From Mobula hypostoma (lineage: Eukaryota): a DNA stretch of 64,000 bases. Location: contig NC_086097.1 of NCBI RefSeq assembly GCF_963921235.1, positions 53,074,001 through 53,138,000 of the forward strand. Reading direction: 5' to 3'. The stretch's first letter is position 1. Each line of letters begins with the position of its first letter. Under the pieces are notes generated by a model. That model was not told the DNA's origin, made no database searches, and worked only from the letters and a program-made list of their open reading frames with translations. Made by a program: the position numbers and the translations under genes. Positions 1 to 12,769 of this stretch are shown here, piece after piece.

Positions 1-1218
1 TTTCCTCAAAAGAAGTTTAGAGATTTCAACTGGATCCTTCACATATGCAAAAACAATGCCAGTTATGGTAATGTTAATGTGCAAAGTATTCTTGAGCTTC
101 TGTTGCAGTAGATTAGACATGGGAAAAAGTGTAACACTCCCAGGTTCATTACCGAATAAGCTATGTAATTGAAGTTGATCAACTGAGAAATGATTCTGTA
201 TGCCTATCACTTTGGCTTAAATGACGTCTCCAAGTCAGAACAGTACCAACAATCAAATCAGTTATCCGGTTGTTGATCAATAACCATGACAAAAATATTA
301 CTGAATTCTATACCAAATAAGTCACAAGCTAAGAAGAAGGTCTTCCTCTACAAGAATATTCTGAAAAGTACTAACCCTTTTTCTCATGTTTGTGGAAACT
401 GAGCATCAAGGTTCACCATTATTTATTACCCAATCCTAAATTCTCTGGAAAAGGTGGTGTTCTGTATGGATATGTTTGGATATTCTTCCTGCATTAGCTG
501 TAGATGCTAGAGATTATGATATGTCATCATGAAAATCTTGGCAAGTTGATGCATTGAATTTCTAGTGGTATTTGTGGCAGCAGTGCTGTACTGGTTGGTA
601 TTGGACATAGTTTCTGGAGGGTCAATCTATCACTGCTTTATTCTGGATTCTATCAGGTATTAAATGTTGTGGGAAAAGCACTTACCTAAATAGATGGAGC
701 ATATTCCAATACACTCAATTACTGTACATTTCCTTCAAGAACATTGGTTGGATGTCCAAGGTGCCCATTCAGACTCCAGGGCAGAAAACTTAATTATGCG
801 CCTCTTTTTGGAAATTATAATATTTGTACCTTCTTAGGGACAACCCTCAATGACTGTCTAATTTTGACTTGTGACAATATATAATATCCTGTTAATCAAG
901 ATGGAATTCACCTTCATCCTTCCACTGTGATCATTCTGATGGCACTTTGTAATATGTTGGACTATCCTTGGTATCAGTATTTTTGGTTTATAATTGAATA
1001 TCATTTTACTAATGTTTATTTCAAAATAACAATTTAACAAAAACTAACTTTCATTAAAAATGTAAATGGGTGGAATCATGTCAATTATGGGACTACCACC
1101 CATAAATTCTTAAGTTTTAATGTATATATTAAATGTGCATTGGAATGCACTGTTATATTTAAATTGTCATTGAAGAATGTGACTTGTGTAATAATGACAT
1201 CCATTTTGTTTTACTTAG

Positions 1219-1292
1219 GAACATTGAAAAGAACACTGGAGGATGATGATGATTTTTCAAGTATGCAGGTGGCTGTAGCTCATAATGGGTAA
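1219..1292 (+). CDS. STYX: Last coding exon of STYX (serine/threonine/tyrosine-interacting pseudophosphatase); upstream exons lie outside the window
   Basis: Acceptor ttttgttttacttag|GA is followed by (G)TLKRTLEDDDDFSSMQVAVAHNG-TAA, which resembles the vertebrate STYX C-terminus (LKRTHEEEDDFGTMQVATAQNG). The tail-to-tail position next to GNPNAT1 matches known vertebrate synteny. Confidence 0.9.
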
Positions 1293-1801
1293 CCTGTAAC
1301 TACAGAATTGCTTGTACTGGACATGATTGCTGTATTAAATATAAGTGAATAGGAGGATGAAGTGTTATTGAAGATTATGAATACTAGAAGTTGATATTAC
1401 ACAGCACATTTACTTTATTTCCATTTCTCAGCTTTGTCTGGCTACTTCTGAGGAAGTGATGCTGGAACAGAAAACTTGCCCTTTGAGAACAACCTGGAGC
1501 AACATATGCCTGTGAAATTGTATAATAGTGATTTAATTCTGACCGGGAAGTGGAGCAAAATGATTTTTTGATGGATTTACAAGTCTTCATATGCTAATTT
1601 TACTTTTTTTTTTACCAGGACTGCCATTTTGACAGTTAATAAGTACGCATGTGCTAATACATTGATGCACTTTTGATACTTGAATTTTGATTGTATGTAA
1701 GTTTGATAGGGAAATAATGCACTGTGTGCTTGATGTCAGACCCATACATGCAATTTATGTTACAAAGTGTTAATCTTTTTGTGTAATTTATTAAAACTTT
1801 C

Positions 1802-1807
1802 AATAAA
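1802..1807 (+). promoter_or_regulatory. Candidate polyadenylation signal of STYX
   Basis: AATAAA about 510 nt after the stop, followed by T/GT-rich sequence. Further AATAAA copies occur near 2044-2100. Confidence 0.5.
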
Positions 1808-3945
1808 GTTTTTTTTCTGATTAGTTTGTTAGTATTCTAACTACATCCTATTTTTAATTAATCCTCAACTATTCCTCAAGATGAGTTAAAGTTTAATGGT
1901 GTATCCTGCACCTTGCATTTTCTTTTCCACTTAATGTCACCAACTGTAAAACTTCAATTTCTCTAAATTTCAAATGTGTATATATTTACAATTATACCAA
2001 TAGTTAGATATTTTATTTGCCCTTTGCACAATGATACAATTAAATAAATACAATAAAAATTTACCCAATACTAAAGTTATTGAAAAAAATTAAATAAAAT
2101 AACCATCTCTAGATTAAAACTGTCCTAAAGAGCAGCCATAAATTCCAAAAAGCACACATTTTGTTTGTTTCATGTAATAGATACTTTAAAAAAAAATAAG
2201 AAACACATACAAAATGCTGGTGGAATTCCCAGCATCTGTAGAGTTTCTCTTGTTCAAAATTACAAGATTTTGTTTTGCTCCATTAAAGGATCATTGAACA
2301 AAATAAGGCTGAAATATGCTGCCTTGGTCCTGTTAAATAGTAAAGAAATTCAGCATACATAGAATTTTATAGCATTTTTCACCAACCATTAGTACATAAA
2401 CATGCCCACATTAAAAAGTACCAGGTTTCTATAACTTAACAGACACAGTAGTACAAAAGCAGAGCTTAACTATTCAGCCAAAAAACTCAAAATTAAACTT
2501 TATTTTCACTGTAACAATTTTTACTCTTAAATCTTATTTTCCTATTGGAAATATAGTGCTTTGACAAGCTATAAACTACATACATTTATGCACTTTAAAA
2601 GTCCAATTGTTATTTCAGTATTTCAAAGATATTGCATATTTTATCTGTAACTGTACATTATGGGGATTAAATTAAGCATTTCCATTTCATGCTGAATTTA
2701 TAAAACACAGGAAAAAATTAACAGCTTTAATTTACAAAACTTTGTACAGATTTCAATAACAAACTTTAGGGCAAATACATTTTCCTCATGTAATCTCAAA
2801 TTCAGTAGGGATATCAAATTTAAGTCATTGGCTCCATTGCAACTAAAAATATTTTGTTTTAAACATGGATTAAAAAAAGTCATCAAGCAGTTCCAAATAT
2901 GCATAGAACTATAATGCTAATTCCATAAAAATTAGGGAGGAATTAGCTGTTGTACCTAATTTTGTAGATAAAATTTGAGATTACATTGAGAAAACATGGG
3001 TAAAATTAATTATCACCTGCTCCATGAGGTGATACTCATGAAGTTCATACAAATATAGCATTTACATATGCAAACAAACAAGATACAATATTCTTCCGTA
3101 AACAATATAAAATGTGTGCTTTGGATTAATTTTAATTACAAGATGAATTAAAATCTGACCTGATTCATAAATTACATTGATGTACAATTTTAATACCTAG
3201 ATTTAGTTACCCTGCACCTTGTTATGATCGGATCAGCAGCAAAGTAGACAAGTCACTTTGTCAGGTCAGTATACGGAGCTCCATAAAGGCATGGCTTCAC
3301 ATGCTAATGAAAATCTCATCAATATATAAAAAAAAATTGAAAACACCTACACAAAGCACTTAAAATCTCCACTTCAAATTGTAAAGTGCCCACAAGATCC
3401 ATGCAGTGTCACAAGATTCTTTGACACCCTGGGACTGAACAGAATTGCGCTCAAAGTTTTCTGCAATTTTCACATTAACTTAAAGTAGAATTGATTCCAA
3501 GAGATATATAGCTGCATTTTCATTTAAACTTGGACCCCAGAGCAGTATAACAGGTACAATTATAAGTTAAGTCGCTTAAAGAACAAAAATAGATGCATAG
3601 AAGTGCCCTGTTTTGAACAAAAAAGTCCTTTGGTACAATTATTTCCATTGCTACTTCTAAGAAACAGTTTTTTTTTCACAAAACTAGTGCTTTTCATATT
3701 CCTTTGAGCTAAAGTTTACCATGCTGCAGTTCCCCCCCCCCCCCCCCATCACCTACAAGACTGCTTAGTTTAAGAAAAAGACATCATTAAATTTCAGCTA
3801 CATTCTTGGTACCATGAAACAGGTAAACATTGCTAATTGTATTGGAATATACTACACATCTTGCCAGTACTAAATAAACTTTATAATTAGATTCCCCCCC
3901 CAAAAAAAAAATCCTCCTAGAAATACAAATCTCATTCAGCAAATA

Positions 3946-4093
3946 TCAGTCAAAAAATCTGCATTGCATGTAAAGCTCTTCTGTAACTTTAAAACCGAAT
4001 TTTTGATAGAAGGCTTTGTTCTTTGGTAGACATTCTAAAGTAATTTTGTAGCAGTTGAGTTTCTTGCTGAGAAGTGTAAGGGCTGCAACTAAC
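3946..4093 (-). CDS. GNPNAT1: GNPNAT1 coding exon 5 of 5 (148 nt including stop)
   Basis: Acceptor ctatag|G, then (L)[51 protein letters not shown], the C-terminus of glucosamine-6-phosphate N-acetyltransferase. Confidence 0.96.
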
Positions 4094-4599
4094 CTATAGT
4101 AACAGAACAGCAAAAATCAGGAGCTTAGAAACACGAATCATGTTCAATTGTACATAAAAGAGTCATTCCTTAAATTAAGGAATTACTCTAGGAAATATGG
4201 AGGTAGATTAACATGAAATATGTACTTATAATTTCATAAATAATTCAAATTCAAGGCAAATATTTAAGGTAACCATAATTAACTTTAATTTGAGGTACTT
4301 TAACAAGAATAATTTCTTCATTAAGAAACTAAATACAGGAGGGATAATTTTGGAATATGAGAAGATCATTTAGCAAGTCAAATGCAATAGGACTGTGGTA
4401 ATACCATAAAAACAAGGGAATTGTAATATGATCATAATATTTCAATATATTTAGGAGTTCAGGTGTTGCCACTGTCATATTTTGTTCTTTACTGGGTTGC
4501 CATTCCTCAAGAACTAACAACCACCTTATCACCTGAACTAATCAGTCCTTAAAAGATGAAAGTGGTCTGCTGGGATTCAAATATAATCCTATCCACATA

Positions 4600-6810
4600 C
4601 AGCTGCAAGAAAAAGTTTGTGAACCCTTTGCAATTATGTTTTTCTACATCAATAACTCAAAATGTGGTCTGACCTTCATCTAAGGTGACAAAAATAGACA
4701 AACACAATAAATGAAACACTCATTGTACTTTTCATGCCTTTATTAAATACATTGTTTAATCATTCACAGTCCAGGCTAGAAAAAGTATGTGAACCCTTGT
4801 AGTTAATAACTGGTAGTACCTCCTTTAACAGAAATATCCTCCAAACGTTTCCTGTAGCTGCTGATTAAACTTGCACAACAGCAGGGAGAAAGTTTAGGCC
4901 ATTCCTCCATACAAAACTGTTTCAGTTCATTAATATTTCCGGGATCCTTGCATGAACAGGTCATGCCACAGCATCTCAATTGGGTTAAGTCATAGTCACA
5001 CTTTATTGATCCCGGGGGAAATTGGTTTTCGTTACAGTTGCACTATAAATAATATAGTAATAGAACCATAAATAGTTAAATAGTAATATGTAATTTATGA
5101 AATAAGTCCAGGACCAGCCTGTCGGCTCAGGGTGTCTGACCCTCCAAGGGAGGAGTTGTAAAGTTTGATGGCCACAGGCAGGAATGACTTCCTATGACGC
5201 TCTGTGCTGCATCTCGGAGGAATGAGTCTCTGGCTGAATGTACTCCTGTGCCCACCCAGTACATTATATAGTGGATGGGAGACATTGACCAAGATGGCAT
5301 GCAACTTAGACAGCATCCTCTTTTCAGACACCACCGTGAGAGAGTCCAGTTCCATTCCCACAACATCACTGGCCTTATGAATGAGTTTGTTGATTCTGTT
5401 GGTGTCTGCTACCCTCAACCTGCTGCCCCAGCACACAACAGCAAACATGATAGCACTGGCCACCACTGACTCATAGAACATCCTCAGTATCGTCCGGCAG
5501 ATGTTAAAGGACCTCAGTCTTCTCAGGAAATAGAGATGGCTCTGACCCTTCTTGTAGACAGCCTCAGTGTTCTTAGACCAGTCCAGTTTATTGTCAATTC
5601 GTATCCCCAGGTATTTGTAATCCTCCACCATGTCCACACTGACCCCCTGGATGGAAACAGGGGTCGCCGGTACCTTAGCTCTCCTCAGGTCTACCACCAG
5701 CTCCTTAGTCTGTTTCACATTAAGCTGCAGATAATTCTGCTCACACCATGTGACAAAGTTTCCTACCGTAGCCCTGTACTCAACCTCATCTCCCTTGCTG
5801 ATGCATCCAACTATAGCAGAGTCATCCGAAAACTTCTGAAGATGACAAGACTCTGGACTTAAGGTCTGGACTCTGACTTGGCCATTCCAAAACACAAATT
5901 TTCTTCTTTTTAAAACCATTCTGTTATTTCTGATATTGTCTTGTTGCATCATCCAACTTTTAAGCTTCAGGTGATGCTTGATACAATTTTGAATTCGTTG
6001 TTCCCTCACAATTGGAAGCTGTCCAGGCCCTGAAGCATCAAAGCAGCCCCAAGCCATGATGCCTCTTCCACCATGCTTCACAGTTAGGATGAGGTTTTGG
6101 TGTTGGTATGCAGTGTTCTTTTTTCCTCCAAACAAAGCGATGTTTATTTCTGCCAAAATGTTCAACTTCTGTCTCATCTGTCCACATTGTCCCAGAAGCA
6201 TTGAGACACATCCAGGTGATCTTTTGCAATCTCAAGACGTGGAGCAATTTTATATATTAAATAAATAAATCAATCAATCAATCCAAGAGCTGTGGTTTCC
6301 TCAGTAGTGACTTCCATGAACATTTCCGTTCAGTACTTTTCTTATAGTGAACACATGACAGAGACTTTAGCAAATTTAGAGATTTCTGCAGGTCTTTTGT
6401 TATTACCCTTTCACCTCCTTCAGCATTGTACGTAGGGCTCTTGGTGTGATCTTTGCAAGATGCCCACTCCTACAGAGAGTAGTCACAGTACTGAATTTCC
6501 TCCATTTGTAGACAATTTATAGCAAGGAACCTCTACAACCCCCACCTCTAAATGTCATTGATTGGAACACCTCACTCCAAATAGCTTTTGTAGAAGGCAT
6601 TACCCTGCAGGTTCACATTCTTTTTTGAACCTAGACTGGTGATTTAAATGGTGTACTCAGTGCTGACGACAAGTAGAATTGTTTGCATGTTATTAGTTCA
6701 GGCAGATTCTGCTGGTCTATTGTGACTTAGATAAAGATCAGACCACATTTTATAATTAATGCAGAAAACCAGTTAATTACAAAGTGTTCACAAACTTTTT
6801 CTTACAACTG
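4600..6810 (-). mobile_element. Tc1/mariner DNA transposon (IR/DR type), decayed transposase, interrupted by a LINE
   Basis: TA target duplications at 4598-4599 and 6811-6812. Long inverted ends begin CAG(C/T)TG(C/T)AAGAAAAAGTTTGTGAAC, with inner direct repeats near 4780 and 6615. Transposase motifs WTDET, TVKHGGRGIMAWGCF, QQDN and WPSQSPDL/NPIEMLW are on - with frameshifts. Confidence 0.92.
4990..5858 (-). mobile_element. 5'-truncated Rex1/Babar-type non-LTR retrotransposon nested in the Tc1
   Basis: Uninterrupted RT C-terminus (HLQKFSDDSAIVGCI...LNVKQTKELVVDLRR...YKYLG), then AATAAA and a (TGACTA)-like tail. TTAAG is duplicated at 4985-4989 and 5859-5863. Confidence 0.85.
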
Positions 6811-6974
6811 TACATACAAAATGTCAAAGTCAATGTTGAATGATTCCCCAGGCTTAAACTAGATGCACAGAGGTCAATTAAGTTGTGAGCACATTTAGCC
6901 AAAGTGAGCTAATTGTATATTAAGCCTAGATTTTGCTCCATAGCTCTGTATTAATAAGCTACAGAAGTAAAATA

Positions 6975-7147
6975 TGCCTGGCTGGTGGCATAGTGGCATC
7001 AGCACCGGACTTCGGAGCGAAGGCTCCCTTGCATGCTTTCCATCCGTACTGGGTTGAGCAACTCGGCCTCGTAAAAATAAGAAAGCCTGCTAAAAAAAAA
7101 AAATGCCGTCACGACGACTCCACTCTGAGTTAAGGGCTTTCTTCTTT
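6975..7147 (+). mobile_element. tRNA-derived SINE (B box apparently deleted)
   Basis: A-box TGGCATAGTGG at 6986-6996, a CTT-rich tail, and a perfect 12-bp TSD AGAAGTAAAATA (6963-6974 and 7148-7159). Confidence 0.75.
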
Positions 7148-7652
7148 AGAAGTAAAATAGCAGGCATTTATGGATAATGGCATGGTGGCAGCCAAACATT
7201 AAACAGAACACCTAAACCTCAAATTAACTGCTTTTCACAATCCTGAAGTCTTGTGATGAAGATTAGTCATTCAAATCATATGAGTACATTTTTATTTATT
7301 CATCTTGGTAATATTGAGAGCATATATAATCAAATGAGAATAGATGATACAAGCCTGGGGAAGAGAAAAAACATCAAGCAGACCTGAAAGTACTGCCACT
7401 TCATACGCCTAACATTCACAAATGCACAGAATAAACGATGCGACAATTAAGTCATTTTTGTATCCCTGTTAGATACAATATATGCAGAATAATCAAGGAC
7501 TTGTGGGACATCAACCTACTATACGGAAAAATGAAAAGCTCAGTAGGCCCTTCCAAATTATCCCAATCTAACATGGCATGACTTGTGCATACAAACTATC
7601 CATTCCTCCTTTTTCCAGAGTCACAAGATCTAGTGGGGAATATGGAGTAGGG

Positions 7653-9277
7653 TAGTGGTCGCCAACCGGTCGATCTTTGAGACTTTCCCAGTAGATCTCC
7701 AAAAAAAAAAGAAAAATAAATACACAAATACTGTTGTAATGTAAGCATTATAAAAATAAGTAATACTAATTAGGATAACAGTAATATAGCAACACTGCCG
7801 CTACTGAAAGCTGTTTGTAAAGAGAGATTGTTTCCGGGTTGTGGGGTTTTAGTTCCGTTCTTTCTGCCCAGTGCACATGTGTGTAGCTGCCCCACCATGC
7901 ACCGCGGTAGAAAAGACTGGAAGTAAAACCCCCGCAACCAGGAAGCAACCTCTCTTTACAAACAGCTTTCCATAGTGGGGGTATTGCTATATTACCATTA
8001 TCCTAATTTGTAGTAACTTATCTTTCTAATGCTCACATTAGAGCACTTCTCCCCCTTTAAATTCCAACATTCCCCAAATGTAAGTAACTGGGAAACAAAA
8101 AACAGTGGTGTCATTATCTTGCGTACCTCTGAAACTTATACTAGTGTCTCAGTAACAGTTTACCAATACAAAACACCTGAACAACGTGGCAGATTCAACA
8201 TTCAGTCTGTCAGGTTTGCGAGGGTGCTGTGCTGCAACAGATGAAAATTATGAAATCCAAGCACAGGAACTGTCTTACTGACAGACACCTCACGAACTGT
8301 CTTATTGACAGACACCTCACAGACCGTCTCAAACTGGCTGTCTGTAGTTATGAGCCAAATTTCAGGGAACTAGCAGAAAGTATTCAGCCCCAGTCATCAC
8401 ACTGAGTGCAACAGTCAATTTTTATTCATTTATTTTTTGTGTTGAAATAAAATTAAATAATGAAACGTAGATTTAAAGGTGTAGTAATGTGAGCATTATA
8501 AAAATAAGTAATACTAATTATGATAATAGTAATATACCTGGAGTATTGTGTGCAGTTTTGGTTCCCTAATCTGAGGAAAGACATTCTTGCCATAGAGGGA
8601 GTACAAAGAAGGTTCACCAGATTGATTCCTGAGACGGCAGGACTTTCATATGATGAAAAACTGGATCGACTAGGCTTATACTCACTGGAATTTAGAAGAT
8701 TGAGGGGGGATCTTATTGAAACGTATAAAATTCTAAAAGGGATTGGACAGGCTAGATGCAGGAAGATTGTTCCCGATGTTGGGGAAGTCCAGAATGAGGG
8801 GTCACAGTTTAAGGATAAAGGGGAAGCCTTTTAGGACTGAGATGAAGAAAAACTTCTTTACACAGAGAGTGGTGAATCTGTGGAATTCTCTGCCACAGGA
8901 AACAGTTGAGGTCAGTTCATTGGCTATATTTAAGAGGGAGTTAGATATGGTCCTTGTGGCTAAAGGGATCGGGGGTATGGAGAGAAGGCAGGTACAGGGT
9001 TCTGAGTTGGATGATCAGCCATGATCATACTGAATGGCGGTGCAGGCTCGAAGGGCCAAATGGCCTACTCCTGCACCTATTTTCTATGTTTCTATAGCAA
9101 TATTCCTGCTATGGAAAGCTGTTTGTAAAGAGAGGTTGTTTCCGGGTTGCAGGGTTTCACTTCCGGTCTTTTCTGCCTGGTGCACATGCGTGTGACTAAC
9201 CGATTTAGTAGGTCGATCTTGCCTTTCACTAAGGCGGAGGTAGGGGATCTTGGGCTTAAAAAGGTTGGCGACCACTA
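7653..9277 (+). mobile_element. Non-autonomous hAT (Buster/Charlie-type) transposon with a transposase C-terminal remnant
   Basis: Perfect 15-bp TIR TAGTGGTCGCCAACC and perfect 8-bp TSD GAGTAGGG (7645-7652 and 9278-9285) with central TA. 8250-8405 encodes MKSKHRNCLTDRHL...LKLAVCSYEPNFRELAESIQPQSSH*, typical of this transposase C-terminus. Confidence 0.9.
8536..9095 (+). mobile_element. CR1 LINE 3' fragment nested in the hAT element
   Basis: LEYCVQFW...LGLYSLEFRRLRGDLIETYKI...FFTQRVVNLWNSLP with a (TTCTATGT)n tail. Very similar to 43744-44318. Confidence 0.92.
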
Positions 9278-9699
9278 GAGTAGGGTCTGAAACAGATTAC
9301 AAATGGAGAGGAAAAAAAATTCTATTTCCATTTCACACCCTCAGATAACTAAGCCTGAGGGTCCATCATAATTGCTGCCTAGAAATTAGTCTGTGTTTAA
9401 GACCAACTTGTATTGAACAGTTGTGCAGCAAGTGGTATGCTAACACACCAAGATTTACTATCAGAAGCAGTGGAATTAATAGAGACACAATGAATAATTA
9501 GAGGCTGAAGCTAAAGGGGAAGGCGACTTCTACCTTTAGGTGATATTAGTTTTAGGAATTTACTTATGAAGAATTACAACTACTTAAAGTGAGAAATCAA
9601 AATGTGTGGCATCAATGAAGCTTGAAAACAGGAAATAAAAGGAAAGACAAGATAAATAGGAAGTTTGGATTTAAAAAGCACTTGTTTGTAAGAATTTCA

Positions 9700-10940
9700 G
9701 TATTGTTTTGATTCCTCAAGTGCCTTCAATACCAAACAGCTCTCATTGCTAGTGGGGTGGGGGAGGAAGGAAAGCTCCGTTCAATGCAAGCTGGCACTTC
9801 AATTGTACCCTGGATAATGGACTACCTTACTGGCAGACCACAGTTTGTGCAACTTCAGAGCTGTGTGTCAGACATGGCAATAAAAGCAGCACTGGGGCCC
9901 CACAGGGGACTGTATTGGCTCCATTCTTGTTTATCCTGTACACCTTGGACTTTAGATAAAACTGAGTCACACATTCTGCATTAATTCTCTGATGACTTAA
10001 CAATAGCGAGGATGGGAGGATAAATACAGGGCCCTGGTCTGTTTAATGGTGCAAACTGAATCATCTGCAGCTCAACATCAGTAAGACAAAGAAGATGGTG
10101 ATGGACTTTAGGAAGATCCAACCTGCACTGTTCTGTTACTATTGACGATGAGGACCTACAAGTACCTGGAGGTGCACCTGGATGACATACTTCAGTGGAG
10201 CAGCAACACACAGGCTGTGTACAAGAAGGGCCAGAGTCACCTCTACTTCCTGAGGAGACTGAGTTCTATAGTGTATGCAGGCCTCTCAATTGTATCAGTC
10301 AGTCAGCTGTCACCAGTACAATCTTCTATGCGGTGGTGTTCTGGGGCAATGGCATTAGCTTGGGTGATGCCAATAGGCTCAATAAACCAATTAGGCTGGC
10401 TCTGTTAGAGGAGTCAAACCGGACATACTGGAGGTTGTGGTAAAACAAAGGACCTTCCAGAAAATCCTGGACAATGTTTCTCACCCTCTGCATGCCACCT
10501 TAGCTGAAAAGAGGAGCACTTTCAGTTATAGACTGCTCCAAAGAGCACTATGAGGTCATTCTTACCCTCGTCCATCAGGCTCTATAATGAGTTAACCTAT
10601 AGCCAGGGAAGTGATGACCCCCTCCTGTTACACTGTTATTAACTTCTATTTACCAGAGCTCTGTTTAAGCTCTACTTAGCGCTATTTAATCACACCCTGC
10701 AATCGTGGACATCCTGTGCAGTACTACCACCACTTCTTATCTGGATGGTGTGACCGTGCACCCATTACTGTAATTCTTGCACTAGCATCTTATCAGGGTG
10801 ACCTTGGAATCTTTGATTTTAAATCTGGACATTAATTCTTTTTTAAGGTAACTTTTTTATTCTTTCTTCCCTTCTAATATTTGTTTGGTGTGCACTTGTA
10901 ATGTTACCTTGACACTAATTTCATTTGGGATCAATAAAAT
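9700..10940 (+). mobile_element. Decayed Rex1/Babar-type LINE
   Basis: Fragmented RT motifs ([36 protein letters not shown]) and a 3' GGGATCAATAAA end. Confidence 0.75.
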
Positions 10941-11668
10941 ATCTTTCACTGTCCTGAGAACCTTTATTCTTTGCATATCAATTTACTAAAAATATGCGAA
11001 TATAAATCTGGCCCATAAGCTCCCAAATTGAAGCATCTTTGCCTGAACTGCAAACTAATTCCATATCCAGATTGCCAAAGGGTTATATTCCAACTGTCCA
11101 CACTCCAAATTCTACACAAGTCAGAAATACCCATTTTCTATAGCTATCATTACTATCACTGGGCATATAGTTTCTATAATTCTTTCACCCTAATATTATC
11201 CATTAATAGATGCCATGAAATATTTTATGACTATTACTAGCTTGACAAATGCTTTAAAAAATGTATAGGAGAATTGATATTATGTTAGATTTCCTTTATC
11301 CAGGTGATTCGTAACCCAGAAGTCACTCCTTGTAATTTTGCCATTCAACCTTGAGATCTTTGCAACTACAATATCATTCTAGCAAATGAGAAATCAGACT
11401 GCTGTACATTCTGAGATGCTTTTCAAGAGTAGGAATAAACATACCGGTTTCTACAGGAAAACCAAAATGCATTGGGGAGGGCATAAGCTTTAATCAACAG
11501 TTTATCAAGAGCAAGTCAAAGCAAAGAACAATGATGGGGAGCTGAAAATAAAGCTACATGCCATCTTATGGAAGGCAAAGTTGTCGATAACTAAACACCT
11601 AGATAATTTTATAGATTCAGCCAAAATAACATTTAATATCAAACTACATACTAGGTTTAAGTACTTAC

Positions 11669-11730
11669 AATTTTCCCAGCTGCTTTCCTCTGTGTTCATC
11701 ACTAACAACAACTTCTTCTATTCTCCCTCG
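11669..11730 (-). CDS. GNPNAT1: GNPNAT1 coding exon 4 of 5 (62 nt)
   Basis: ttag|CGA...AAATT|gtaagt encodes RGRIEEVVVSDEHRGKQLGKL, which includes the GNAT acetyl-CoA-binding motif A (RGKQLG). Confidence 0.96.
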
Positions 11731-12160
11731 CTAAATAAATGGGGGGAGAAAAGGCTTGAGTTCTTAAAAGGTTTCACATTAGATGTAGCCTAGAGTTAAG
11801 ATTAACTATATATATACATATGTGAGTCATTTTAAACATTACTTGAGTAGCTGAACATAAAAGACTATGCATTAAACTCTGAAAAAAAAAGGAACTATCA
11901 AGAAACATTTACATTGCATTTCAATTGGGGAAGTTTAGGAGGAAAGCAGGGTAAGGAAAAGGAATTTAAACATTCGTGTCATTTCATCAATATATCTTCC
12001 AGTAGGCTATCAGATTCTTCACTTTTAGCTAAAATGCCCAAATTTAATTCTATTCAATTGAGCCAGCAGAACAAATATACATTGAATATTTTATTAACAG
12101 TAATTAGCAGGTTCTAGGTCTTAACAAAACAATATTGTAATATACTAGTTGAAGGCTTAC

Positions 12161-12288
12161 CTTTGCACAGGTATGTATAAATTTATGTTCAATTATTAAT
12201 GTTGCTGTAGCAATGACCTGTCCGACATGAGTGTCTTCAACAACAATATTATAGTAATCTCCAGTTTGCTTCATGTGTTCAAACTTTT
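12161..12288 (-). CDS. GNPNAT1: GNPNAT1 coding exon 3 of 5 (128 nt)
   Basis: acag|AA...GCAAAG|gtaagc encodes [42 protein letters not shown]. Confidence 0.96.
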
Positions 12289-12769
12289 CTGTAAAGTTTT
12301 AGGAGAAAGGCAGTAAAAATAATGGCCACAGGTCTATATTACAAGCCATTTTACCTTCAATCAACATTTGGTTATCATAAGTACTATACACTTGGGCGCA
12401 GAACATCAAAACACCCATCAAAGAATTGTATTTTAAACAATTTCTTAGTTAGTTTTACCCACATTACCCACGTCAGGCAAAGAAAGGTAACTTCCTAAAA
12501 TTAGTGACTGGGGAATTACAAAAAAAAACACTAGTTGAGATCACATATTTCGTGAACTGCCATCATTTTCTGGAGAGGAATGGCGAGGGAAATTCTCTCA
12601 ACTCAATCATAGCAGAAAGCAATCTTCTGAAATTTCAAATATCAAAAATATTTCTAAGCTACATGAATAATGGGGTCAGGGATGAAAAGGACAGGGTGAC
12701 ACAGAAAGAAAACTGCGCAGCACCATACATTATTTATCTACCATACATTTGCTTGTAATCTGCCTAAGG

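Noticed and set aside
4329..4532. Additional GNPNAT1 exon
   Set aside because: The five identified exons already give a complete, in-phase 184-aa protein, and this ORF has no GNAT similarity.
5095..6201. 368-aa ORF as a novel host gene
   Set aside because: It is fully explained by a LINE fragment nested in a decayed Tc1, with a non-ATG start and incomplete transposase and RT domains.
6975..7030. tRNA gene
   Set aside because: It has an A box only, with no B box or cloverleaf. The tail and 12-bp TSD indicate a SINE.
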